Shown here in pieces: positions 1 to 9,072 of a stretch of 64,000 bases of DNA (the first letter of the stretch is position 1; every line of letters begins with the position of its first letter). Position numbers and translations under genes: made by a program. This DNA is from a virus: positions 15,644 through 79,643 of IMG/VR virus record IMGVR_UViG_3300025138_000026; one strand, 5' to 3'. The notes under the pieces are model-generated. The model was not told the origin of the DNA and searched no databases. It saw only the letters and a program-made list of their open reading frames with translations.

Positions 1-7
1 ATAAATG

Positions 8-39
8 AAAACACGATAGCTAAAAAGCTACCGTGTTTT
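8..39 (-). terminator. Intrinsic terminator after 84..281
   Basis: Minus-strand RNA AAAACACGGUAGC-UUUUUA-GCUAUCGUGUUUU forms a 13-bp stem (one G-U) ending in a U run. Confidence 0.6.
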
Positions 40-83
40 CATTACCTTGTTTTTATGAACTGATAAATCTCAGTAGATTGGAA

Positions 84-281
84 TTAATCCGATACTACTT
101 CTGCTTCTTCAGCAAACTTGGGTTCAGAATCAACTTCAGGGGGGGGAGAAGCCGCTTCGCGAACTTTATCCGCTAAGATTACACCAGCTTGAGCTACGTT
201 CAAGCCTTGAGATTTAATCGCGATATCGATTAATTGCATAAGAGCATTAAGCTCTTCATCACTAAATTCAATAGAGTTCAT
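84..281 (-). CDS. Hypothetical protein (65 aa, acidic C-terminus)
   Basis: ORF with its own sigma70-like promoter and a downstream terminator. Confidence 0.7.
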   Translation of the reverse strand: MNSIEFSDEELNALMQLIDIAIKSQGLNVAQAGVILADKVREAASPPPEVDSEPKFAEEAEVVSD

Positions 282-289
282 ATGTGATT

Positions 290-318
290 ATTATATGATT
301 TATAGAATGTAATATCAA
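290..318 (-). promoter_or_regulatory. sigma70-type promoter
   Basis: TTGATA-17 nt-TATAAT, 8 nt before ATG 281 (near-leaderless). Confidence 0.7.
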
Positions 319-335
319 CTATTTCTTAAAAGAAA

Positions 336-581
336 TTAAGAAAAAGTGGAACCATCGCCCGTATACCTCAAGCCAGCATCATAAGGAGCTATATAAAGAG
401 ATTCTGGTTGGCCCAAATCTCTTATTTTTTTGTTGAATTCCCTACAGACATGTGCGTCTAAATCACTGCTAGAATAATCATTGTAAAGACCTGTTACTTC
501 AACCCTATAACCAGTCCATGTTCCAGAAGTAATTGAGAAATTAGAGTGTATGTCTCCTTTTGTGTTATTTGGATCAGGCAT
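336..581 (-). CDS. Hypothetical protein, possibly virion-associated
   Basis: 81-aa ORF with 4 [ST]G dipeptides; GTGTAG motif upstream (612-617). Confidence 0.6.
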   Translation of the reverse strand: MPDPNNTKGDIHSNFSITSGTWTGYRVEVTGLYNDYSSSDLDAHVCREFNKKIRDLGQPESLYIAPYDAGLRYTGDGSTFS

Positions 582-627
582 ATAAATTTAAAGTTAGTGT
601 ATATACAAGATCTACACTTAAAAAACT

Positions 628-897
628 CTATTTCACGCTGGGAAAATAAAGCTGCCTCTCAAGTTTCCTAAATCTAGCATCAGAATGCCAAACTTCATCT
701 GTCTGGGGGGTATATATACCTTTACTTGTCTGAACTGGAATCCCGTTCTGAAGACTTAGAGTAGAAGGTTGATAAATGTTTAAAGGATTTGTCTTCACTG
801 ATGAGTTGTTCCCGCAAGAGATCAGCCCTGTCAGCATCACCGTCATTAGACCTAATATCTTCAATCTCTTGGATGATTTTTTTTCGTTTTTTTTCAT
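628..897 (-). CDS. Lipoprotein, putative o-spanin (Rz1-like)
   Basis: Basic N-region, hydrophobic stretch and lipobox (KRLKILGLMTVMLTGLIS-C); overlaps 722..988 in another frame. Confidence 0.6.
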   Translation of the reverse strand: MKKNEKKSSKRLKILGLMTVMLTGLISCGNNSSVKTNPLNIYQPSTLSLQNGIPVQTSKGIYTPQTDEVWHSDARFRKLERQLYFPSVK

Positions 898-988
898 GGT
901 TATTTGTTAATTCAAAGAAGAATAGTTTATTCTTTAAAGTTAAATATAACTCTACTGACTTTAATACTGATTTAACTAGAGAGAGCAT
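722..988 (-). CDS. Putative i-spanin (Rz-like)
   Basis: Amphipathic/hydrophobic N-terminus then a charged coiled coil; overlapped by a lipoprotein gene as in Rz/Rz1. The TM segment is weak. Confidence 0.45.
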   Translation of the reverse strand: MLSLVKSVLKSVELYLTLKNKLFFFELTNNHEKKRKKIIQEIEDIRSNDGDADRADLLREQLISEDKSFKHLSTFYSKSSERDSSSDK

Positions 989-1853
989 TTAAATTTTCTT
1001 CTACATAATCCTTTACACTCTTCCATTTATAATCACCAATAACTTTCAACAACTTAGAGTTATTTGCTTTAGTAAATCTCTGATATTGTCCCACAAGCTG
1101 TTTCGGCATAGGTATTTCCTTGATTTCACATGTCATGTTTGATTGTATTATCTCAGCGACATCAGTAAACGAAATAGGATTGCCAGTTCCAACATTAAAT
1201 ATACCCGATTCATCTTTAAGAAGCATTTCGTAATGAATCTCACAAATATCATCGACACAAACAAAATCCCTTTTTATCCTGTCGCTTTTTTCAAATAAAC
1301 TTATCTCTCCGTCTTTGTAAGCTTGCTTAATAAACTTGGACACAGGACTCGCCTGATCTCCCTTCTTATTTTCTCCTAAGCCATAAACATTAAAATACCT
1401 AAAACCTTGGTATGGATAATCTTGATTCAATAACCAGCAATCAAACATATATTTACTAAAGGCATACGGACTTATAGGTTTACAGAAGTCATCTTCATTA
1501 AAATTCCTTCCCACTCCATAAACAGAGGCGCTGCTTGCATACTGGAACTTAATATCTACGCTCGCACATAGCTCAAATAGTTTTTTGGAAAATTCAAAAT
1601 TCTGCTTGAGAATTTTCTTTAAATTTCTCTCTGTTGTGCTGGAATTTGCCCCAAGGTGAATAACAATATCTTGGTCAAGGACATTTGGCAACCCAACATC
1701 CCCAAGGTGAATATCAAATTTTGTTACATTATATCCCCTGTGAGATAAATAGGCGGCTAAATTGCCGCCTATGAATCCACCTGCGCCAGTAATTAATACT
1801 CTATTCGCTTTCACAATTACATCTACATCCACTATCAGAATTACATTCTTCAA
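972..1853 (-). CDS. hldD: ADP-L-glycero-D-manno-heptose 6-epimerase-like extended SDR (true start probably GTG 1814)
   Basis: TGAGGFIG, HLGANSSTTE, YASSASVYG, YAFSK, RYFNVYG and RDFVCVDD match HldD/RfaD motifs. Confidence 0.8.
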   Translation of the reverse strand: MKNVILIVDVDVIVKANRVLITGAGGFIGGNLAAYLSHRGYNVTKFDIHLGDVGLPNVLDQDIVIHLGANSSTTERNLKKILKQNFEFSKKLFELCASVDIKFQYASSASVYGVGRNFNEDDFCKPISPYAFSKYMFDCWLLNQDYPYQGFRYFNVYGLGENKKGDQASPVSKFIKQAYKDGEISLFEKSDRIKRDFVCVDDICEIHYEMLLKDESGIFNVGTGNPISFTDVAEIIQSNMTCEIKEIPMPKQLVGQYQRFTKANNSKLLKVIGDYKWKSVKDYVEENLNALSS

Positions 1854-2247
1854 TAAGATTCTTGATCAGTTGCTCGCTAAAATCAGATTCTTTAATCTTA
1901 GCTAGTTCTTTATTAAGACTCTCATCTCCAGTATCGTCTTCTAGATCAGATTTACAAAAGAAATCAAAGTTATCATGCAGAGTATAATGCTGAATAACCT
2001 CTACAACTAACTCATTATTTTTAAATGACTTACTTAAAGAATAAGAAGAATACCTATTTACAGCGTTTTTCTTATTTTCAGTTTCAATTTCAGAATTAGT
2101 CAACTCTACTTTTCCTCCCTGACTTTTATATTTTTTTAAAACCCAGATTTTTTTAGCATATTCCGTACCCTGTTGAAACTTGATATCAGCGTCAAAAGAT
2201 AAACTGCGATATAACTCATCATCTAAAAACTCAACTATATAAGGCAT
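1801..2247 (-). CDS. Hypothetical protein
   Basis: 148-aa ORF; GTGTAA 10 nt upstream of ATG. Confidence 0.7.
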   Translation of the reverse strand: MPYIVEFLDDELYRSLSFDADIKFQQGTEYAKKIWVLKKYKSQGGKVELTNSEIETENKKNAVNRYSSYSLSKSFKNNELVVEVIQHYTLHDNFDFFCKSDLEDDTGDESLNKELAKIKESDFSEQLIKNLIEECNSDSGCRCNCESE

Positions 2248-2257
2248 TATAAGTGTC

Positions 2258-2263
2258 TTACAC
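2258..2263 (-). promoter_or_regulatory. GTGTAA phage promoter-like motif
   Basis: 10 nt before ATG 2247; recurs before several operon-first genes. Confidence 0.55.
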
Positions 2264-2491
2264 CTATTCTTCTAAATTACCATCTGTATTTTCAACTGAT
2301 GCTGACTCAACTTTGGATTGAAGCTCCTCTAGAGCCGAAACCTTTTCTTCTTCCGACATCTGCTCTATATTCTGCTCTACTTCTTGAACAGCTAGATTGT
2401 GCATAATGTTAATAGCTTCCGCCAAAGTAATCCGAGAAACCATCTCAGAAGTCAAAAAAGACTTTAGCTTATTTGTGTCTTCTTTGGTCAT
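2264..2491 (-). CDS. Hypothetical helical protein (75 aa; start ATG 2491, not 2614)
   Basis: MTKEDTNK...; this start avoids overlap with the upstream gene. Confidence 0.65.
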   Translation of the reverse strand: MTKEDTNKLKSFLTSEMVSRITLAEAINIMHNLAVQEVEQNIEQMSEEEKVSALEELQSKVESASVENTDGNLEE

Positions 2492-2492
2492 A

Positions 2493-2705
2493 TCAGTCTT
2501 TCTCTTTACTCGCGTAAATCCTAATATCTGGCTGGTTTGAACCCTTTTCTTTAAAAGAGTTTGGGAAACAGACAATTTTAAGCTCATTACCGTCTGCGTC
2601 CTTGATAGAACCACTATAGTAAGATTGCTTCTGACCGTCTACTCTCCAAAGAGCGCCTAATTCGCGCTGCTTCCATTCATCGTTTTGTTTAGTGTTTTCA
2701 CTCAT
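2493..2705 (-). CDS. DUF736-like small protein (70 aa; start ATG 2705)
   Basis: ELGALW...YYSGSI...F.N..K...PDIRIY pattern. Confidence 0.55.
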   Translation of the reverse strand: MSENTKQNDEWKQRELGALWRVDGQKQSYYSGSIKDADGNELKIVCFPNSFKEKGSNQPDIRIYASKEKD

Positions 2706-2871
2706 AATCTTTGTTTGTAAATCTTCCTTGAACGCTTTTCCAATATTCTTCGTCGCCCAACTCAATGTAACGTTTTTTCTGGATCTTGTAAAGCTTTTTT
2801 TGGATGTGGTTGCTATTTTTTTTGTCGTAGCCAATCAATTCACGTATTCTCTTAGCAGTGGAACCACTCAT
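2698..2871 (-). CDS. Small basic hypothetical protein (57 aa, not in ORF track)
   Basis: Hand translation MSGSTAKRIRELIGYDKKNSNHIQKKLYKIQKKRYIELGDEEYWKSVQGRFTNKDYE; fills the gap and overlaps the next start (ATGAGTGA). Confidence 0.65.
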   Translation of the reverse strand: MSGSTAKRIRELIGYDKKNSNHIQKKLYKIQKKRYIELGDEEYWKSVQGRFTNKDYE

Positions 2872-2885
2872 AATGTATGATCATG

Positions 2886-5210
2886 TTAGTGTCCACATTT
2901 TTCAACAAAAAGTTTAATGTTTTTCTCTCCAGATAAGACTCTTTCTGAAACAAATGGTGTTATTTCCGATAGGATCTTCTTGCTTAGAGCGTCTACTTTT
3001 ACTTTCTCACTTTTAATTTGAGATACGATATCTTTAATATAATTAAAATTAAAAGTCAACTCTATATTATTGTCTTTTAATCTATTTTTTAATCTACTCA
3101 ATTTAGACCAAAGCAATCTTCTTAGACCTTTGCTATCCAATTCTTTTAGAGAGAAGCATTCATCTACAAGAGATAATATATCTGGGTGTATGACTAAATT
3201 GTCCTTATCTAACGTTGACTCTTGGAAACCCATAGATGATTGACTACTAGAAACAGCACTTGTTAGGAATATTTTGCAATTTGTGAAATCAGCTATATCT
3301 CCATTACTCATTTGAAGCTGCCCATGCTTGAATATCTGATTAAATAAAGGAATGGATACTGGGCTAACTTTATGGAAATCATCTATAATTATCACACTAT
3401 TCGGAGAAATTAAAACTTTTTCGCAAATAGATGTATTGTGTCCATCTGATGATGCTATTTTATGAGCGGAATAAGAATCTGAAAAATGAACACCACTATA
3501 AGATAGTACATTTACTGAATTTTTATCCAAACTATCTTCAAGTAGCTCTACAAAATAAGATTTACCACTAAACCTTGACCCACTAACCACGAAACAATCT
3601 GGAGATGCGAAATTATCTGTCTTACGAATACCAAGTCCAGAAAGAATCATCTTCTCCCTTAAATTTTTAATAAATGTCTTTTGACCAATCAGGGATTCAC
3701 TGATACAATCAAAAACTTTGTTTGTTATAGACCTATTATTTAGAGGATTTTTCTTGCGATCAAAGAAATCTCTTAGATGACAGAGCTTTACCTCTGGAGT
3801 TTTTTGAGAAACATCTCCTGTCCACTTCTCTAATGCACTGTTTAACTTCTCTAAAAGCTGTAGATGATCTTTTTCAGGATCTAGTGCTGCTGCCATAGCT
3901 TCTATTTGCTGATCTTTTATAGATGAATCTACCTCGTTATGGCTAACCTTTGATTGAGCACCGCAATGATCGATAATGTCAATCGCCTTATCTGGATAAA
4001 ACTTATTCGGAATGTATTTCTCACAATAGTCTATAACATTATTTAAAAAACCGTCTGTATAAATAACCCCATGAAAGTCCTCATAATATGAAGTTATTGT
4101 AGGTAAGATCTCCTGCATCTGAAATTTAGATGGCTCACGAATTGAAATCCTCTCAAACCTACGGTCAAGAGCTGAGTCTTTCTTAATCGTGTTCGTATAC
4201 TCGTTAATCGTTGTGGCCCCAATACAACTAATTGTTCCGCGAGCCAACTCAGGCTTTAGTATATTTGAAGCTTCTAAGGAATTATTTGTAGCCCCTCCAG
4301 CCCCAACTAAGGTGTGAACTTCGTCAATAAATAAAACTAGATTAGTGTATTTCTTAGCTTCAGAAACAAAATCCTCTAAGCGCTTCTCAAACTGACCCCG
4401 ATACTCTGTGCCAGCCACCATACTAGACAAACTAACAGAGTAAATAACTTTATTGGCTATTAGCTCTGGAGCATGTCCAGAAACTATTTTAGAAGCTAAA
4501 CCCTCTACCAACGAGGTCTTACCTGTCCCAGCTGGCCCTACAAGTAATGCGTTTGGCTTTTTCTTCCTACAGAGCACTGTCGCGATCTCATCTATCTTCC
4601 CATCAAAATCAACAATAGTATCAAAATCTTCATTTAAAGCTTTTAAGTTTAAATTCTCAGCAAATTGAGATAGTATCTCGTTTTTAGAAAACATATCAAT
4701 CCAATCCTCTGGAGTTTTAGCGGAAGAATCTACAAAATCACTGCCAAAATCAATATCTTTGACAATTAAAGATGATTCAGTAATAAAACCCAACACTACT
4801 TCTGCAGAAGCCTCGTCTCCTACAGGGAATAATTTTTTAATAACCTTCGGAGAATAACCCTCTTCAAAGAAGACCATTAATATAACTTCTGGAGGTATAT
4901 AGTCCAAAGAAAAACTATCCCTTGAAACTCTTTCCGCTTCTTGCAGGAGTTTTCTAACCTCTGTTTTTAAAAATTTCTTCGTATACTTATTCTTTCTCTT
5001 TTTACTTAAAACCTTGCGAGACTCTTTTAAAAGATCTATTGGATCAACATCCACCTTCTTGAAAATAGAAGAGCAAGACTCACTTAAGTCATTGAGAAAA
5101 CAGTGAAAAAACAAGTCTGTATCCGCTCCATTCCTATACAAAACATCACACAACTCTTCTGTCGTTTTGATGACACCCTCTATATGTGGGGTAAAAGGAA
5201 GATTAGTCAT
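2886..5210 (-). CDS. ClpA/ClpC-like Hsp100 AAA+ ATPase with degenerate second domain
   Basis: D1: RKKKPNALLVGPAGTGKT, AGTEYRGQFE, LFIDEVH, LDRRF, PDKAIDIID. D2: GSRFSGKS, IIIDDFHK, DFTNCKIFLTS..MGF. Confidence 0.85.
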   Translation of the reverse strand: MTNLPFTPHIEGVIKTTEELCDVLYRNGADTDLFFHCFLNDLSESCSSIFKKVDVDPIDLLKESRKVLSKKRKNKYTKKFLKTEVRKLLQEAERVSRDSFSLDYIPPEVILMVFFEEGYSPKVIKKLFPVGDEASAEVVLGFITESSLIVKDIDFGSDFVDSSAKTPEDWIDMFSKNEILSQFAENLNLKALNEDFDTIVDFDGKIDEIATVLCRKKKPNALLVGPAGTGKTSLVEGLASKIVSGHAPELIANKVIYSVSLSSMVAGTEYRGQFEKRLEDFVSEAKKYTNLVLFIDEVHTLVGAGGATNNSLEASNILKPELARGTISCIGATTINEYTNTIKKDSALDRRFERISIREPSKFQMQEILPTITSYYEDFHGVIYTDGFLNNVIDYCEKYIPNKFYPDKAIDIIDHCGAQSKVSHNEVDSSIKDQQIEAMAAALDPEKDHLQLLEKLNSALEKWTGDVSQKTPEVKLCHLRDFFDRKKNPLNNRSITNKVFDCISESLIGQKTFIKNLREKMILSGLGIRKTDNFASPDCFVVSGSRFSGKSYFVELLEDSLDKNSVNVLSYSGVHFSDSYSAHKIASSDGHNTSICEKVLISPNSVIIIDDFHKVSPVSIPLFNQIFKHGQLQMSNGDIADFTNCKIFLTSAVSSSQSSMGFQESTLDKDNLVIHPDILSLVDECFSLKELDSKGLRRLLWSKLSRLKNRLKDNNIELTFNFNYIKDIVSQIKSEKVKVDALSKKILSEITPFVSERVLSGEKNIKLFVEKCGH

Positions 5211-7764
5211 TTTTTACCTCCTTCAGTTTCATATATATATCCGTATTAATTGAATTGATCTTATCCACAAAGTAAGCGTCACTACTTCTTGAACCATTTA
5301 TAACAATAACTTGATTTTTGGCAATCTTTTCCCCACTTCCAAGAAAATTAGAAAGTTTCTGTTCCCTGCTATTATCCATAAATAAAAAATTCTTTGTCGC
5401 AGTGTTATCGCAAATTGTTAGTATCATATATTTATTATCATTGGATGATACTCTAACAAAGAAATCTTTTACCTCCCCCACTACTTGAAAAGTCTCTCTT
5501 TCACTAAAAAACTCTAACTCTTTTATATCAACCAAAGAGGAAAACCTATCTATGAAGCAGTCACGTAGATTATGAGAATAACTATATCCTAGTAGGGTCG
5601 TTTCGTACCTCCAGTTTGAAAACATTTCATGCTTCCTATTCTGATTGTATATTTTCTTATAACCTGCGTATTTTTTCTCAAATGTCGTGAAACGTTTATC
5701 TTTCATTATCGGACGATTGTCATCCGCCAAGGTCTGACTCTTAACAACCTCTGATATAGCATCTAAGATATCATAACCAAATCTTTCCCCCATCTTCACA
5801 AAGTTCCTCTTCTCTCTATCTGTTAATAGATTGAATGATTGAGCTTCCAAAACTAAGCGAGTCCTATTTGTTCCCGTATCATCCATTGTCCCAGCTTGTA
5901 CAAGAGCCGCTAAAACAGAAATATTGATCCCACACTGCTTCGCTGCAAGAAAAACTTCATATTTATTATGAAATTTTTTCCCTCTGAAATCTATTAGGCT
6001 TTGTATGGATTTTAAAGAAATACCTTTAATACTATTTAATCCATACCTAATGTCTTTACCCTCAATTTTAAAATTAAAATCGGATTTAAACAAACAAGGA
6101 GGTAGCATTTTGATACCAAAGTCTGCTAATTCTTCATTTACCCCAGATATTACTTCTAGTGGCTCTGGATCAAATTCAGAACACTCCAAGATTGAAAGGA
6201 AGAATTCCTGAGGATAAGTGTGTTTAAGATAAACTGTCTTAGCTGCTAAGTCGGCATAAGCAAAGCTATGAGACTTGTTAAAAGAGTAATGAGACGCTGC
6301 AACCAGAGAATTCCAATAGAAGTCAGCTATTTCTTCAGTTAAACTTTTTGATTCGGCTGCATCATAAATTCTATCCTTCCACTTCGGCATTTCATCCACC
6401 TTTTTCTTTCCCACTATCCTTCTGAGAACCTCCGCTTCTTCAAGACTTAATCCAAAAACATTGTGGGCAATTTGCATCAATTGCTCTTGATACAAGATAA
6501 CATTTTTTGACCAAGATAAAATATCATCTAGCTCTGGATTTAAGTTTAATTCTGTAGGGTGGTCTTTCTGGTTCTTGTAAGAATCTACAAACTGTAGGGC
6601 TGCTGGTCTAGCAAGAGCGACAACATCTGAAAGCTCATTAATATCTACAGGTTTAACTTTTTTACAAACTTTAAAGTTGGTCTCAGCTGAAATCTGGAAC
6701 AATCCCATTGGGTGCTTGAAGTCTTGTAGTATATCGTAAATTAATTTATCATTTGGATCAATATCCTCAAGGTCTACCTCTACTTTATCACATGTCTTGT
6801 GAGCAATAGTCAGTGTCCTTAGACCTAGAATATCAAACTTAACCATTAGATCTGCTACGTCATTCATGTCGTATCCAGTAATTAGATCTCCGTCCTTAGT
6901 TCTTTGGAGAGGGACCATATCCTCAATTTTCTTAGAACAAATAGCAATCCCAGAGGGATGAACCCCAGAGTTCTTAGGTAAACCCTCTACCTTCAAAGCA
7001 TTTTCAAATGTTTTCTTGTGACTCTTAACCCAAGATTTAAAACTTTCCCCCTCCTCTCTCGCCTGATTCAAAGAAAAAACTTTTCCATGAATTTTAGGTA
7101 TCATATCCGAAACTCTATTAGCTTCAATCTCTTTCGCTCCATCAAAGTATTTAGTGGCCTCTCTAATACAGAGCTTGGAGCTAAAAGTATTAAAGGTAAG
7201 TATTTTCGCTGTCCTGCCCTCGTGTTTCCTCTCGATATATTCTATGACCTTATGCCTTTGATCATAAGAGATATCAGAATCAACATCTGGGAGGAGGCTC
7301 CCAACAAGAAATTTATTACCCCTTTTGTCTTCAACCTTCTTTGCTCTTGATTTAGACACGAATCGCTCAAAAAAAAGATTATTAGGTATGGGGTCAATAT
7401 TAGTAACTCCTAGCAAATATAAAACAAGAGAACCTGCAGCAGAACCTCGACCAGCACCAGTGGGAATATCATTGTCATGGCAGAAATTAAGGACATCCCA
7501 GTTGAGTAAGATGTAATCTGTAAAATCCAAATCTACCAGAGTCTCTAACTCTTGTTGTGTTCTAGAAAAATAAACTTCTTTATTTTCGTACCGTACAATA
7601 CCACGATCTTTTAATCCCTTCCTTGCAAGCTCATATAGGATCTCCTTATTCGTGCTATCTAAATCCAGACCTAGCTCGTTTAACTTTGATTCGTTAACAA
7701 CTGTTTTCGGAAGCTCAACTCCAGCTGGCTCGCAATCATCATATGGTGTGAAATCTTCAAACAT
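5203..7764 (-). CDS. dnaE: DNA polymerase III alpha catalytic core (no PHP domain)
   Basis: GRGSAAGSLV, LFFERF, PDVDSD, HPSGI, KFDILGL, YQEQLM, YSFNKSH; C-terminal OB fold. Confidence 0.93.
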   Translation of the reverse strand: MFEDFTPYDDCEPAGVELPKTVVNESKLNELGLDLDSTNKEILYELARKGLKDRGIVRYENKEVYFSRTQQELETLVDLDFTDYILLNWDVLNFCHDNDIPTGAGRGSAAGSLVLYLLGVTNIDPIPNNLFFERFVSKSRAKKVEDKRGNKFLVGSLLPDVDSDISYDQRHKVIEYIERKHEGRTAKILTFNTFSSKLCIREATKYFDGAKEIEANRVSDMIPKIHGKVFSLNQAREEGESFKSWVKSHKKTFENALKVEGLPKNSGVHPSGIAICSKKIEDMVPLQRTKDGDLITGYDMNDVADLMVKFDILGLRTLTIAHKTCDKVEVDLEDIDPNDKLIYDILQDFKHPMGLFQISAETNFKVCKKVKPVDINELSDVVALARPAALQFVDSYKNQKDHPTELNLNPELDDILSWSKNVILYQEQLMQIAHNVFGLSLEEAEVLRRIVGKKKVDEMPKWKDRIYDAAESKSLTEEIADFYWNSLVAASHYSFNKSHSFAYADLAAKTVYLKHTYPQEFFLSILECSEFDPEPLEVISGVNEELADFGIKMLPPCLFKSDFNFKIEGKDIRYGLNSIKGISLKSIQSLIDFRGKKFHNKYEVFLAAKQCGINISVLAALVQAGTMDDTGTNRTRLVLEAQSFNLLTDREKRNFVKMGERFGYDILDAISEVVKSQTLADDNRPIMKDKRFTTFEKKYAGYKKIYNQNRKHEMFSNWRYETTLLGYSYSHNLRDCFIDRFSSLVDIKELEFFSERETFQVVGEVKDFFVRVSSNDNKYMILTICDNTATKNFLFMDNSREQKLSNFLGSGEKIAKNQVIVINGSRSSDAYFVDKINSINTDIYMKLKEVKND

Positions 7765-8378
7765 TATAAATTCATATGTTTCTTTAATTTTAAGAAAATT
7801 TCATAACACTTCTTGATATCATACATGGCATTATGAAGCTTTTCCTCCTCAAACTCTATACCGAAAAATTTCAATAGCTGATTTTGTGAGACCTTAGCCT
7901 TAAGGCTTCGGTCATTAATAATCTTGTATTGCCAACTCAACATGTCACTCTTCGGCTTATCTAACTCTTCTCTATATGCTTTACCTAAAGCTCTTGTATC
8001 ATAGATTCTAGGTAAATAAGAGTAATCAGGCTCTTGACTTAACATCCTCTGTAAGAGAGCCACCATATAAACATCAAAGCCAAGTAAGTTTTGTCCAACC
8101 ACAATATATTGGGGGTCAAATAAGTAGCTTTCAAATTTAGACCAAACCTCTGAAAGCGATCTGGATTTTTTATTATAATGATCCCAGTTGAACCCCGTCA
8201 TTTCTTTTACAACCTTCGGGATGTTAAGCTCTTTATGAGAGATGAATTCATCATGCTCTTCTAAAACTTTGTTGCCTTGGCAAATTATCCAAGACAGCTG
8301 CCAAGGTTTAGAGGAATGTAAATTTAAACCTTCGGTTTCTGTATCAAAGACTAGATATTTTTGGTTACTTGGCAACAT
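7764..8378 (-). CDS. DEDDh 3'-5' exonuclease (DnaQ/epsilon-like)
   Basis: VFDTETEG, GQNLLGFD, YDT, HNAMYD. Confidence 0.88.
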   Translation of the reverse strand: MLPSNQKYLVFDTETEGLNLHSSKPWQLSWIICQGNKVLEEHDEFISHKELNIPKVVKEMTGFNWDHYNKKSRSLSEVWSKFESYLFDPQYIVVGQNLLGFDVYMVALLQRMLSQEPDYSYLPRIYDTRALGKAYREELDKPKSDMLSWQYKIINDRSLKAKVSQNQLLKFFGIEFEEEKLHNAMYDIKKCYEIFLKLKKHMNL

Positions 8379-9063
8379 GTTCTAAAAAGGATTCGTATGA
8401 AAATTCATTGGAGCAAAAGTCGTCCAATCTTGGGTTACTGTAAGTCGGTACTCTGCCTTGTTTTCTACTGCAAACAGCTTTGTACATTTGGAATGCCTCA
8501 AAGTCTTCTTTGTCTCTGTAATAAATACTTTTCGCCTTCTCTGTTTTGACCTGAAGCTTCTTTAAAGCAGCACTAATTTGAAAATCAAATGGATGCTGGT
8601 TTGACTCTTCTATGTAAAAATGATCATAATTACTTAAGGAAAGTTCGCAAAGACCAAAGTGAAAAATATTATTGTAGACATAAGAGTCATAAAACGGGAC
8701 TCCGATACTAACATCATCAAGCTCTGCGTCCCCCAACTCAGATAAATGTAAACAGTCTCCTTCACTAGTAAAGCACTTAGTATATAATTTCCTCACAACT
8801 GAGACTCCCTTGTTATTCTTTGGGAAAAACACTAGTTTGCTAGGTCTTTCAGACAGGTTTGATTGTACCACAGGTAATCTAACTCCATAAATCATGGGTA
8901 TGCCGATTTCTAAGAAAGCTTTATTCACGACTCTAAACCCGTAGAAGTTATCCTCTACCAGAATCATTTTATTTATGTCTCCTGATTGAGCAATCTCTAC
9001 TAGATCCTCTACTCTTAAGAGAGATCTTCCTATGCTGAAGTTACTTTTGAATAACGGTATCAC
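8365..9063 (-). CDS. Stand-alone PHP domain of Pol III alpha (degenerate metal site)
   Basis: PLFKSNFSIGRSLL..VEDLVEIA, LVEDNFYGF, IPMIYGV and KNNKG align with the DnaE N-terminal PHP domain, but the His ligands are missing. Confidence 0.75.
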   Translation of the reverse strand: MIPLFKSNFSIGRSLLRVEDLVEIAQSGDINKMILVEDNFYGFRVVNKAFLEIGIPMIYGVRLPVVQSNLSERPSKLVFFPKNNKGVSVVRKLYTKCFTSEGDCLHLSELGDAELDDVSIGVPFYDSYVYNNIFHFGLCELSLSNYDHFYIEESNQHPFDFQISAALKKLQVKTEKAKSIYYRDKEDFEAFQMYKAVCSRKQGRVPTYSNPRLDDFCSNEFSYESFLEHVAK

Positions 9064-9072
9064 TCTTGTAAA

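Noticed and set aside
2264-2834. Track ORFs 2264..2614 and 2493..2834 as long overlapping genes
   Set aside because: Starts at 2491 and 2705 plus the missed 2698..2871 gene tile the region cleanly.
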